Below the pieces are notes generated by a model. The model was given only the letters and a program-made list of their open reading frames with translations. It did not search any database and had not been told where the DNA came from. Positions 10,471 through 20,366 of a stretch of 64,000 bases of DNA are shown here, in pieces. Numbering within the stretch: position 1 is the stretch's first letter; every line of letters starts with the position of its first letter. This stretch comes from an uncultured cyanobacterium (GTDB lineage Bacteria > Cyanobacteriota > Cyanobacteriia > Cyanobacteriales > Nostocaceae): positions 1,440,001 through 1,504,000 of the forward strand of contig OY970166.1 of the NCBI GenBank assembly GCA_963706595.1, given 5' to 3'. The position numbers were made by a program, and so were the translations under genes.

Positions 10471-11472
10471 ATGATGGCTACTCATACCAATAAAACAATA
10501 TCGTTAGTGACTTCTCGTTTCAACAATACTCTTTTAGTGCAGTTACCACTGCGATTAACTGTGATAGAAGCTGTATCTTTTCGGGAGTCTTTTAAACAAT
10601 GGGTAGAAGATACTACTGTTACGAAAATCATCTTAGATTTTGGACAAACTACAATTATTGATAGTAGTGGGATTGGTTCACTTATTACTAATATCAAATC
10701 AGCAAAAGCCAAAAATATTCAATTAAATGTTTGGAGTCCTAATCCCCAAGTCAAATTGGCTTTTTCTATGGTTGGTTTGGATAAAATTTTGCATATTGAA
10801 CCCGATACTGAGGCAATTATCCCTACTGTCAGTCGCAAATCTCAACAGCGTCCACCTTTAACTCATCCTTCGGTGCGATCGCCTATTAAACGAATAATTG
10901 ACATTGTAGGGGCAATTCTAGGCTTGAGTGTGACTGCTGTGCTGTTTGCTCCCATTGCGATCGCCATTAAACTTGATAGTCCTGGACCTATACTATTTAG
11001 TCAAACTCGTTGTGGTTGGATGGGAAGACGATTTAAAATTTGGAAGTTTCGCTCAATGGTGACTAATGCCGAAGCCCTCAAATCTACAATTAAAAATCAA
11101 GCTGAGGGTGCTTTTTTCAAAAATGATCATGACCCCCGCATTACCCGTGTTGGTCGCTTTCTTCGCAAAACTAGTTTAGATGAATTTCCCCAATTTTGGA
11201 ATATCCTCAAAGGAGATATGAGTTTAATTGGTACTCGTCCACCCACTCCAGATGAGTTAGAACAATACGAAATCTTTAATTGGCAAAGGTTGGATGTCAG
11301 ACCAGGATTGAGTGGTGAATGGCAGGTGAATGGGCGCTCAAAAATTCGCAACTTTGAAGATGTAATTAAGCTCGATTTGCGCTATCAAGAAAATTGGAGT
11401 CTTGGTTACGATTTTCAACTCATCTTGAAAACATTTGTTGTGGTTTTTAACAAGGATTCAGGGGCTGTATAA
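10471..11472 (+). CDS. STAS domain fused to a priming (undecaprenyl-phosphate) sugar transferase
   Basis: N-terminal STAS (ILDFGQTTIIDSSGIG). C-terminal Bac_transf domain (KFRSM, DPRITRVGRFLRKTSLDEFPQ, GDMSLIGTRP). Confidence 0.92.
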   Translation: MMATHTNKTISLVTSRFNNTLLVQLPLRLTVIEAVSFRESFKQWVEDTTVTKIILDFGQTTIIDSSGIGSLITNIKSAKAKNIQLNVWSPNPQVKLAFSMVGLDKILHIEPDTEAIIPTVSRKSQQRPPLTHPSVRSPIKRIIDIVGAILGLSVTAVLFAPIAIAIKLDSPGPILFSQTRCGWMGRRFKIWKFRSMVTNAEALKSTIKNQAEGAFFKNDHDPRITRVGRFLRKTSLDEFPQFWNILKGDMSLIGTRPPTPDELEQYEIFNWQRLDVRPGLSGEWQVNGRSKIRNFEDVIKLDLRYQENWSLGYDFQLILKTFVVVFNKDSGAV

Positions 11473-11517
11473 GAGATTTTTTAAATTTAAAACAGCTTAC
11501 CTTTTTACGAAATTTTC

Positions 11518-11985
11518 ATGGACACAAATTTATTACTCCATAATTTTAGTCTACAAGTTGTTAGCGATATTGACGCAATGGCAACAGTTGTAGAATGGTT
11601 CGATCAATTCAAAAGTACACAGCTACCTTATCAAATCTGGCTAGAAGGACAGACTGCTTTACTGGAAGGTTTTACAAATGTTGTGCGTCATGCTCACAGC
11701 CACCTTAGTCCTACGACTCCTATTGATTTGGAAGTACAAATATCTTCTGAATATTTCCAAATTCGGATTTGGGATCAAGGTGATATTTTCGATTTAGAAG
11801 CAGCCATAGAAAGTTTCAATCAAGAAACCAGCCAAAGCGAATTTAATCCTTTAGATCATGAATCTCAATGGGGTTGTATTTTTTTACTAAGGCTCAGGAA
11901 AGACTATGGCTGGATAATTGGTTATAACCGTGATTTGGAAAACAGAAACTGTTTACTACTGCACAAAAAATTGGCTATGTCATGA
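11518..11985 (+). CDS. Anti-sigma factor / RsbW-like serine kinase (HATPase_c_2)
   Basis: EGFTNVVRHA N-box and WDQG G1 box; the G2 box is degenerate. Confidence 0.8.
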   Translation: MDTNLLLHNFSLQVVSDIDAMATVVEWFDQFKSTQLPYQIWLEGQTALLEGFTNVVRHAHSHLSPTTPIDLEVQISSEYFQIRIWDQGDIFDLEAAIESFNQETSQSEFNPLDHESQWGCIFLLRLRKDYGWIIGYNRDLENRNCLLLHKKLAMS

Positions 11986-12061
11986 TGCTAAATTGCTTAA
12001 TTTTCTGCTTTTGTGTGATGGGTTTTAAGTACGCTGTAAATTAATACCACCAAATTTCAAG

Positions 12062-12394
12062 ATGTCTATTTCAAGCAAAGTTATGAATTCGCAAGTCAAA
12101 GTGATTCAGCCCCAAGGCATTTTTAATAGTAAAAAGGGTAATCAACTCCGCGAAGAAGTGGATGAACTGATAACATCAGATATCAAAACTATTTTGATTG
12201 ATTTTAAAGATGTTACATTTATGGATAGTTCTGGTTTTAGTGCCTTGCTGATGACGCTAAAAATAGTTCGACAAAAAAATATTAGATTGGTACTTTGTTC
12301 TATTAACCAGCAAATAAATATGATCTTTGATATGACTAACACAAATCAATTTTTTGAGGTGTTACCGGATCAGGCATCATTCGTATCTGCTTAA
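12062..12394 (+). CDS. Anti-sigma factor antagonist (STAS; RsbV/SpoIIAA-like)
   Basis: IDFKDVTFMDSSG with the phospho-acceptor Ser. Confidence 0.92.
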   Translation: MSISSKVMNSQVKVIQPQGIFNSKKGNQLREEVDELITSDIKTILIDFKDVTFMDSSGFSALLMTLKIVRQKNIRLVLCSINQQINMIFDMTNTNQFFEVLPDQASFVSA

Positions 12395-12501
12395 TACAGC
12401 ACTTCCTACTGTTATAAGGTACAAGCCTAGCGGGCAATATGCCCGCACCACAAGGGTTTTATTCTTCCAGTTTGTACCTTTCATGAACAAAATATGCTGC
12501 A
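12395..12501. repeat. ~107-bp MITE/REP-like palindromic element
   Basis: Ends TACAGCA...TGCTGCA, inner inverted AAGGTACAA...TTGTACCTT, central hairpin GCGGGCA-ATA-TGCCCGC. Confidence 0.6.
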
Positions 12502-12546
12502 TTGTTTCTGGTTTACCTACGATTTTATACTGAGGAGTTTAAGTTA

Positions 12547-13107
12547 ATGTACGGTTTAGTCAACAAAGCAATTGAAGATATGATTTGCAAATACCACGGT
12601 GAAAATACCTGGGAAAGTATCAAGCAAAAAGCTAAACTGGAAGACATAGACTTTTTTATTGGCATGGATGCTTATTCTGATGATATTACCTATCGCTTAG
12701 TTGCAGCAGCTTGTGAGGTTTTAGGCATGGAGGCAGAAGAAATACTGCAAGCATTTGGTGAATACTGGGTGACATACACCGCAGAAGAAGGCTATGGAGA
12801 ACTTTTAGATAGCGCCGGTAACTCTTTAGGGCAGTTTATGGAGAACCTTGATAATCTGCACGCACGAGTCGGCTTGAGTTTTCCCCAACTCCGTCCCCCA
12901 TCTTTTGATTGCGAACACACCAGCGAAAAGTCAATGGAACTGCACTATCAATCAACTAGGCAGGGTTTAGCACCAATGGTGATTGGTTTAATTCATGGAT
13001 TGGGAAAACGCTTTCATACAAAGGTAGATATTACCCAAATTAGTTTTCGTCAACAAGGTGCATCTCACGATATTTTTGCTGTTGAATATGACAATTCTCA
13101 AGCCTAA
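12547..13107 (+). CDS. H-NOX heme NO-binding protein
   Basis: MYGLVN N-terminus, proximal His in LDNLHARV, YxSxR motif (HYQSTR). ATG at 12547 follows GAGGAG. Confidence 0.96.
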   Translation: MYGLVNKAIEDMICKYHGENTWESIKQKAKLEDIDFFIGMDAYSDDITYRLVAAACEVLGMEAEEILQAFGEYWVTYTAEEGYGELLDSAGNSLGQFMENLDNLHARVGLSFPQLRPPSFDCEHTSEKSMELHYQSTRQGLAPMVIGLIHGLGKRFHTKVDITQISFRQQGASHDIFAVEYDNSQA

Positions 13108-13303
13108 CCGCTTTCGTGACTATCGGATAAATTAACGAAGTTGTGTTATTGCAAACAACAAAAAATTAAAGTTTTATCCCCATTTAACTAAAGTAAGCTA
13201 AGTACCTGTGTACAATTAATTAAACATTTTTAAAATCTGCTTTCTTGCTTTGCTAGAGCAATTTTTTAGGTGTGCTGGTGTATGCAGTTTATAATGGCTA
13301 TTT

Positions 13304-16300
13304 ATGACAAAGGATCGGGTGATCGAATCAAAACAATTCAGTCTTAATCCAGACCAATTTGCAGCTTTGTTTCCCTTTCATTTGGTCATAGATCGAGATA
13401 TGAAGATTGTCCAAGCAGGTGGAGTGCTTCAGCGCATTCTTGAACCTATCTTAATGCTTGGTAGTTTTCTTGAAGAACATTTCCAAATTAATCGCCCCAA
13501 TTGTCCAGTCAACTTTGCAGCTATTAGCCAGCATACGCGCTCATCAAAAGCGGGTTCTTCTCCATCACTGTTTCTGTTGCAATCCCATCACAAGGAAATG
13601 CAGCTAAAAGGAGAGATAGTGTATTTAGAGGCATCCGATCATCTGCTGTTTCTTGGTTCTCCCTGGATTACCGAGATTACCGATTTAAAAAAACTAGACC
13701 TGAAGCTCGATGATTTTCCTCTCTACGACTCGGTTGGAGATTATCTGTTTCTTTTGCAGTCCAAGAATTCGGCTTTGACAGATGCCAAAAAACTCACCGC
13801 CAGACTTACATCTCAACGGGCTGAATTACGAGCAACAGCATCAAGATTGAGAACGGTGATTGAAAGCTTACAAGCTGGTGTGCTATTGGAAGACGAAACC
13901 CGACACGTTATCCTATCAAATCAGGAATTTTGTGATCAGTTTGGCATTCCCGTTGCGCCAGAAGCTTTACAAGGCGTGGATTGTCAGCAAGCAGCACAGA
14001 CGAGCAAACAACTCTTTGCTGAACCAGAGAAGTTTATCCAGCGTGTGGATGAGATTCTTGGACAGAATCAAATAGTTCTTAATGAAGAATTGCCACTGCA
14101 AGATGGGCGAATCTTTGAACAGGATTATATACCTATTTTGGTTGACCAAAAATTTTATGGACATCTGTGGAAATACCACGATATTACCCAACGCAAACAA
14201 GCTGAAAATGCACTTCGATTAAGTGAAGAACGGTTAAAGCTGGCTTTAGATGCTGTAGATGAAGGACTCTGGGACTGGAATCTGGTGACTGGGGAAGTTT
14301 ATCGTAGTCCACGTTGGTTTACAATGCTTGGTTATACGCCAGAAGAACTAGAAAACGATATCAAGCTGAAAATTCGGTTGATCCATCCAGAGGATCTGTC
14401 CCTCATGCAAGAGCGACTGATAGCACATCTGAAGGGTGAGACACCTTTTTATGAGGTAGAAGTTAGGTTTTTAACCAAATCTGGAGAATGGAAGTGGATT
14501 CTAGATCGGGGTAAGTTAGTTAGCCGCGATTCTCAAGGTAGAGCGATGAGAATGGTGGGAACCCATCTAGATATTACCGAACGCAAACTTTCAGAAGCTG
14601 CACTACAGCAACAATATGAACGGGTGCTACTGCTCAAGCAAATTACTGAAGAAATTCGCCAGTCTTTGCAATGGGAAAAAATTCTACAGACAACAGTGAC
14701 GGAAGTGCAACGGATTTTGCAGTGCGATCGCGTCGTCATCTTCCAAATTAACCCTGATGGTAATGGCAAAGTTGTCCAGGAGGCAGTAGTTCCCGGATGG
14801 TCAGTCACTCTAGACCAAGATATCAATGATCCTTGTCTGAAGGCTGGATACTTTGACTTTTATCGTCAAGGACGGATTACTGTTATTTCCGATGTGGAAA
14901 CGGCAGGATTTCAACCTTGTCATCTGGAATTTTTACGGCAGTTTCAGGTGAAAGCCAATCTGGTTGTCCCGATTTTAGTGCGGGAAGATTTATGGGGATT
15001 ATTAATTGCTCATCAGTGCGATCGCCCTAGACAATGGACCCAATTAGAATTGGATCTACTCAAACACTTGGCTGATCAAATGGGTATTGCCCTGACCCAA
15101 GCACAGTTACTAACTCAAGAAACCCATCAAGCCAATCTGTTAGTACTGCAAAATGAAGAACTAAATCTGGCCAAACAAACAGCAGAGACTGCCAATATGG
15201 CCAAAAGTAATTTCCTGGCTACGATGAGTCATGAAATTCGCACCCCTATGAATGCCATCATCGGCATGAGTGGAATGCTTTTGGATACTAGCTTGACTCC
15301 TGAGCAACTTGACTGCGTGGAAACCATTCGCAACAGTAGCAATGCACTACTGACGATTATTAATGATATTCTCGACTTTTCTAAGATTGAATCTGGCAAA
15401 TTAGAGTTAGAAGCACAGCCTTTTGATTTGCGTCTTTGTGTGGAAGAAGCCCTAGATTTATTAGCTCCCCAAGCTGCCTCAAAAGGGATTGAATTGATGT
15501 ACCTAATAGAAGCAGATGTACCTACATTTATTACTGGTGATATTACCCGTCTGCGGCAAATTCTCTGGAATTTAATGAGTAATGCCGTTAAATTCACTAA
15601 AATCGGCGAAGTAGTGGTGACAATCACAGCTAGGCAGCTAGTTTCAAGTTCTGGACGCTATGAGTTGCAATTTGCAGTCAGAGATACAGGTATTGGCATT
15701 CCCCGCGATCGCATACATCGACTCTTCAAACCCTTCAGTCAAGTTGATGTTTCCATGACTCGACGTTACGGTGGCACAGGCTTGGGATTAGTCATCAGCA
15801 AACGGCTGTGCGAGATAATGGGGGGGAGGATGTGGGTAGATAGTCAACCAAATCAAGGCTCGACTTTCTATTTCACTGTTATTTTGCCAGTTGATCAGTC
15901 GGCTATTAATAGTCTCACTACTGCTGATCCTGAATTAGTCGGTAAGCGGTTACTCTTAGCAGTCCATAACACCAATTTAAGAAAATGCTTAACGTTGCAA
16001 CTTCAGAGTTTGGGATTGGATGTCCAAGTTGGGGAATCTAATACTACTATCCTGCAATATCTGTGGGAGCAAAAACCCTTTGCTCTGGCTATCTTGGATA
16101 TTGATCATCCAGATTTAGATTGTCTCGACCTCACAGCTAAGATTCGTGCTATACCCAAACAGAAGGATTTACCTTTGGTGATGTTGAGTTCTAAAGGTAA
16201 GCACACCTTAGAAGTGAAACAGATAGCATCTGAGTTTACTGCTTTTTTACATAAACCTGTGCGTCAGTACCAGTTACACAATACGCTGTTACAAATTGTT

Positions 16301-17191
16301 CGTGGTAGCTGGTTTACCCAAGGTACTCCCCAGTCTATCATTCCTTCTTACTCTCGTTTGCCTAAACCCCATCTCCCCACCGTTGATAGGAAGTTTGCGG
16401 AAAGCTTACCCCTAAAGATTCTGCTAGTTGAAGATATATTAGTTAATCAGAAAATTGCCCTGAAGATGCTGCATCGGTTAGGCTATCGGGCAGATGTGGC
16501 TAATGATGGATGTGAAGCCTTAGAAGCGTTGCAAAGGCAACTTTATGATGTGGTATTTATGGATATCCAGATGCCGGAAATGGATGGGTGGGAAACGACT
16601 CGTCGTGTTCGTGGGGACTTTTCCCAGGATGCTCAACCTTGGATTATTGCTATGACTGCCCATGCTCGTCCAGAAGATCGCCAAGAATGCCTGAGTATTG
16701 GGATGAATGATTTTATTAGTAAGCCGATTAGTTTGGAAGGGCTGGAAGCAGTTCTGAAACAATATGGCATTCAGAGGCATCAAGGCACAGAACCTGTTAG
16801 AGATGGGGTATTAACCTCCTCTAACCAGCAATCAGTGATTGACCACAGTGTTCTGGAAAATCTGCGTAGTATGGCAGGGAGTGAAGGCGACCAGTTAATT
16901 AGGGAACTGATCCAAGCTTATTTAGAAGATGCCCCGGTCAGAATTCAAACAATTAAAAATGCTTTTACCTCTGAAAATCGAACTGATCTCAAGAAAGCGG
17001 CTCATGCTTTGCGATCGCCCAGTGTTAGTATAGGTGCAGTCAAATTGGGTAAAATCTGTGAGACTTTGGAATATAATGCACAGAATCAATCATTAGCACA
17101 AATCGCTGATCTGGTTAATCAAATAGAGAGCGAATATAAAAATTTAATTTCAGTTATAGAAAGTTTTTATATTAATATCAGATCAGATTGA
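13304..17191 (+). CDS. Hybrid histidine kinase: HNOBA/PAS - PAS - PAS - CBCR-GAF - HisKA - HATPase - REC - REC - HPt
   Basis: FPFHLVID and LFLGSPW (HNOBA), GLWDWN PAS, DPCL...CH GAF, SHEIRTPMN H-box, GGTGLGL, MDIQMPEMDG, AHALRSPS (HPt). Confidence 0.93.
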   Translation: MTKDRVIESKQFSLNPDQFAALFPFHLVIDRDMKIVQAGGVLQRILEPILMLGSFLEEHFQINRPNCPVNFAAISQHTRSSKAGSSPSLFLLQSHHKEMQLKGEIVYLEASDHLLFLGSPWITEITDLKKLDLKLDDFPLYDSVGDYLFLLQSKNSALTDAKKLTARLTSQRAELRATASRLRTVIESLQAGVLLEDETRHVILSNQEFCDQFGIPVAPEALQGVDCQQAAQTSKQLFAEPEKFIQRVDEILGQNQIVLNEELPLQDGRIFEQDYIPILVDQKFYGHLWKYHDITQRKQAENALRLSEERLKLALDAVDEGLWDWNLVTGEVYRSPRWFTMLGYTPEELENDIKLKIRLIHPEDLSLMQERLIAHLKGETPFYEVEVRFLTKSGEWKWILDRGKLVSRDSQGRAMRMVGTHLDITERKLSEAALQQQYERVLLLKQITEEIRQSLQWEKILQTTVTEVQRILQCDRVVIFQINPDGNGKVVQEAVVPGWSVTLDQDINDPCLKAGYFDFYRQGRITVISDVETAGFQPCHLEFLRQFQVKANLVVPILVREDLWGLLIAHQCDRPRQWTQLELDLLKHLADQMGIALTQAQLLTQETHQANLLVLQNEELNLAKQTAETANMAKSNFLATMSHEIRTPMNAIIGMSGMLLDTSLTPEQLDCVETIRNSSNALLTIINDILDFSKIESGKLELEAQPFDLRLCVEEALDLLAPQAASKGIELMYLIEADVPTFITGDITRLRQILWNLMSNAVKFTKIGEVVVTITARQLVSSSGRYELQFAVRDTGIGIPRDRIHRLFKPFSQVDVSMTRRYGGTGLGLVISKRLCEIMGGRMWVDSQPNQGSTFYFTVILPVDQSAINSLTTADPELVGKRLLLAVHNTNLRKCLTLQLQSLGLDVQVGESNTTILQYLWEQKPFALAILDIDHPDLDCLDLTAKIRAIPKQKDLPLVMLSSKGKHTLEVKQIASEFTAFLHKPVRQYQLHNTLLQIVRGSWFTQGTPQSIIPSYSRLPKPHLPTVDRKFAESLPLKILLVEDILVNQKIALKMLHRLGYRADVANDGCEALEALQRQLYDVVFMDIQMPEMDGWETTRRVRGDFSQDAQPWIIAMTAHARPEDRQECLSIGMNDFISKPISLEGLEAVLKQYGIQRHQGTEPVRDGVLTSSNQQSVIDHSVLENLRSMAGSEGDQLIRELIQAYLEDAPVRIQTIKNAFTSENRTDLKKAAHALRSPSVSIGAVKLGKICETLEYNAQNQSLAQIADLVNQIESEYKNLISVIESFYINIRSD

Positions 17192-17229
17192 ATACTGATT
17201 ATATTTGTTAGGTTAGGTAATTACCAATT

Positions 17230-18405
17230 ATGCTTGAAATATCTGATGATAAAATCAAAATTTTAGTCATTGATGATGATCGAATTATCCAAATAGTTCT
17301 TAAACAAACACTTCAAGGACAGGGATATGAAGTTCTTATCGCTTCTAGTGGTGTACAAGGTATTGAGCAAGCTTATCAGCATCATCCTGCCCTGATTATT
17401 TGTGATTGGCAAATGGATGAAATGGATGGCTTAGAAGTATGCCGTATTATTAAATCTGAACCATCTTTATCAAGCACATTTTTTATTTTGCTAACAGCAC
17501 GTACAGCAGTTGAAGATAGGGTTGAAGGTTTAGATAATGGTGCAGATGATTTCTTGAGCAAACCCATTGATGTGAGTGAGCTAAAAGCACGAGTGCGAGC
17601 AGGACTCAGGTTATATCAAACTAATCAAGAGCTTCAGAGATTAGCTGAAGATTTACAAATTCAGAAACAACTTTTAGAAACGGAATTGCATGAAGCTGCT
17701 GATTATGTAACATCTATTTTACCTGAGCCAATCTCAGGATTAGTGACTATCAATCACAGGTTTTTACCTTCTCATCAATTAGGTGGTGATTGCTTTGATT
17801 ACTACTGGTTAGATAAAGAGAACTTAGTTATTTATCTTTTGGATGTTTCTGGACATGGATTAGCCGCTGCACTCCCTTCCATTTCCGTGCATAATTTGTT
17901 GCGATCGCAAACTCTCCCTCAAGCAAATTTTCATCAACCATCTGAAGTTCTCAACGCTTTGAATGAAGTTTTCCAAATGGAAAAACATAACGCCCGTTAC
18001 TTTACCATTTGGTATGGGGTTTTTAACATTGAGTCTTATCGATTAACCTATTCTACTGCTGGACATCCACCAGCTTTATTACTTTCTCAATCAACTGACT
18101 CTAGTATAGATATCAAACAGTTAATTACTCCCAGTATGCCCATCGGGGCATTTGCAGAAGGAGAATATGAAAATGCTGTATGTACAATTCAACCATCTAG
18201 TAAAATCTATGTTTTTAGCGATGGAGTTTATGAAGTTGAAATGTCTGATGGTAAACTGTGGGGATTTAATGATTTTATCAACTTATTGACTAGATGTAAT
18301 CACCATTTAATGAATTTAGACGAAATTTTAGCAGCTATTAAAATTGCTACAGCTAGTCAATCATTTACAGATGACTGCTCTTTATTAGAAATAAACTTTG
18401 GATAG
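17230..18405 (+). CDS. Response regulator with SpoIIE/PP2C phosphatase (RsbU-like)
   Basis: REC domain (DDD, CDWQM); GGDCFD, DVSGHG, SDGVYE and DDCS motifs. Confidence 0.93.
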   Translation: MLEISDDKIKILVIDDDRIIQIVLKQTLQGQGYEVLIASSGVQGIEQAYQHHPALIICDWQMDEMDGLEVCRIIKSEPSLSSTFFILLTARTAVEDRVEGLDNGADDFLSKPIDVSELKARVRAGLRLYQTNQELQRLAEDLQIQKQLLETELHEAADYVTSILPEPISGLVTINHRFLPSHQLGGDCFDYYWLDKENLVIYLLDVSGHGLAAALPSISVHNLLRSQTLPQANFHQPSEVLNALNEVFQMEKHNARYFTIWYGVFNIESYRLTYSTAGHPPALLLSQSTDSSIDIKQLITPSMPIGAFAEGEYENAVCTIQPSSKIYVFSDGVYEVEMSDGKLWGFNDFINLLTRCNHHLMNLDEILAAIKIATASQSFTDDCSLLEINFG

Positions 18406-18512
18406 GCTCAATAATGCTTTGGAAGCAGAGAATAGTTAACGCAAGTGAGATCATTGGTTGTATATTGAAAAAACCACCAATGAACTTCGTGTCCTTCTTG
18501 GTTCGTTACTCC

Positions 18513-19337
18513 ATGATAAAAAGCCCATTACGTTACCCTGGTGGTAAATCAAAAGCCATTAACCAAATAGCCGCACACATACCAGATAACTTCTCGGAAT
18601 TTCGAGAACCATTTGTAGGTGGAGGTTCCGCATTTATTTACTTAAAGCAGAAATTTCCTCACCTCCAAATCTGGATAAACGATTTAAACCGCGAATTATT
18701 TCTGTTTTGGAAATATGCGAAATCTGATTTACCGCAGCTAGTCGAAGAAATCCGCCGTGTTAAAGATAAATATACCGATGGTAAAATCCTATTTAAAGAA
18801 TTAACCACCATAGATACTCAAACATTATCTGAGTTTGAGAGAGCAGTACGCTTTTTTGTTCTCAATAGAATTACATTTTCTGGTACTGTGGAATCAGGCG
18901 GATTTTCTGAGCAAGCTTTTCAGAAACGCTTTACATACTCCTCAATAGACCGCCTAGAGAAATTAGCAGAAATTTTAACAGATGATGTCAAAATAACTAA
19001 CTTAGATTACAGTCAACTATTAGACGCAGACGGGAAAAATGTATTTATATTTTTAGACCCACCTTACTTTGCTGCGACTAAATCCAGGTTATATGGTAAA
19101 GATGGTGATTTACACACAACATTTAAGCATCAAAGATTTGCGGAATTGCTCAGAGAATGTCATCACCGTTGGTTAATAACTTACGATGATTCACCTCAAA
19201 TTAGAGAAAACTTCCCAGACTCTCATCTGTTTGAATGGGAATTGCAGTATGGTATGAATAACTATAAACAAGGTAGCGCTGCGAAAGGTAAAGAGTTATT
19301 CATCAGTAATTATATTCACATTTTAAATATGAAATGA
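18513..19337 (+). CDS. Dam/D12-class N6-adenine DNA methyltransferase (no adjacent endonuclease)
   Basis: PLRYPGGKS, EPFVGGGS and DPPY motifs. Start placed at MIKSPLRY; upstream ATGs are possible. Confidence 0.9.
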   Translation: MIKSPLRYPGGKSKAINQIAAHIPDNFSEFREPFVGGGSAFIYLKQKFPHLQIWINDLNRELFLFWKYAKSDLPQLVEEIRRVKDKYTDGKILFKELTTIDTQTLSEFERAVRFFVLNRITFSGTVESGGFSEQAFQKRFTYSSIDRLEKLAEILTDDVKITNLDYSQLLDADGKNVFIFLDPPYFAATKSRLYGKDGDLHTTFKHQRFAELLRECHHRWLITYDDSPQIRENFPDSHLFEWELQYGMNNYKQGSAAKGKELFISNYIHILNMK

Positions 19338-19361
19338 TGGTATTGTAAAATAATGAAAGCC

Positions 19362-19538
19362 GTCAAAATAGGCAGCTATGATATCTAGCTCTATCTGCCT
19401 TGCTTTCATCTCAGCAACCCGTCTATTTTCGGCAATATCAACTAAATTTAAAGATCAGTATTTCTGATTACCACCAAACAAGGCTCTAGGCAATCTTAAT
19501 TTAAGACGACCTTTTAGAGATTCAATCCCAACTTTCAT
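19362..19538 (-). pseudogene. Remnant of the N-terminal arm-binding (DUF3596-like) domain of a tyrosine integrase
   Basis: Hand translation: MKVGIESLKGRLKLRLPRALFGGNQKY*SLNLVDIAENRRVAEMKARQIELDIIAAYFD. Internal TGA at 19455-19457, no catalytic domain, next to the tRNA 3' end. Confidence 0.75.
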
Positions 19539-19660
19539 TGACTATTACAGAGACTATAAGGTTTGCAGAGCATAGTCAGAACAGCTTAAACGACAAATTC
19601 AGCCCCCGATGACTATTCATGACTAGGAGCTGAAACCCTTATATAGTAAGCTTGATTAAA

Positions 19661-19734
19661 TGGCTCAGGTCAGATTTGAACTGACGACCCCAGGCTTATG
19701 AGTCCCGTACTCTAACCAACTGAGCTACTGAGCC
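19661..19734 (-). tRNA. tRNA with CAT anticodon (probably elongator tRNA-Met), CCA not encoded
   Basis: GGCTCAGTAGCTCAGTTGGTTAGAGTACGGGACTCATAAGCCTGGGGTCGTCAGTTCAAATCTGACCTGAGCCA. 7-bp acceptor stem with G1-C72 pair (so not initiator), D arm and TTCAAAT loop. Confidence 0.95.
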
Positions 19735-19922
19735 TTACGTTTGATACTTTGTCATCATAGCATATAGGTTTTGGTATGGCTAGTATTTTGAGAGATTAAT
19801 TTTTTCAGAGGGGGATGAGGGGTTTTTTGTCACGCACTAGGCGCAGAGGCGCACCAGAGGAAGAGAAGAAGAGAGGAGTTCATCCCGCAATATGCAATTG
19901 CTGTAAATCCTTACTTAGCAAA

Positions 19923-20366
19923 CTAGGAAGGGCTATGATGATTACTTTCTAAAATCAAATTCATTGCTTGCTGAATAATCGCATCCTGATTTACCATTTT
20001 TGTTAACTCATCTGCTGCATATCTTCCTTCATAAGCTTCTAAAGCAGCCTTTCTTAAAGCTGACTCATAAGCATCTTGTAGAGTTTCTAATAACTCCGCT
20101 TCGGTGAAATAACTACCTTTAGCCTTTGGGCGTTGATTAGTACGTTGAATGTGCTTAACAGAATTAAGAATAGAAGTTTCCCAAGACCTAGTGCTACGTT
20201 TTTCTGCTGCTTGTTTAATCAAATGCAACAAAACAATAATCGCGTAACTAAAAATCTTATTCAGCTTGTCAGATTTACTCATCTCCTCTAATTCATCAAC
20301 CAATTCCAACGCCTCTGGGATTTTCCCCTCCTCCAACAATTCCCTTAAAATTAATAACTCTTCCAT
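19923..20366 (-). CDS. DUF29 family protein
   Basis: ELEEMSKSD, LLHLIK and RSWETSI motifs. Confidence 0.85.
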   Translation of the reverse strand: MEELLILRELLEEGKIPEALELVDELEEMSKSDKLNKIFSYAIIVLLHLIKQAAEKRSTRSWETSILNSVKHIQRTNQRPKAKGSYFTEAELLETLQDAYESALRKAALEAYEGRYAADELTKMVNQDAIIQQAMNLILESNHHSPS

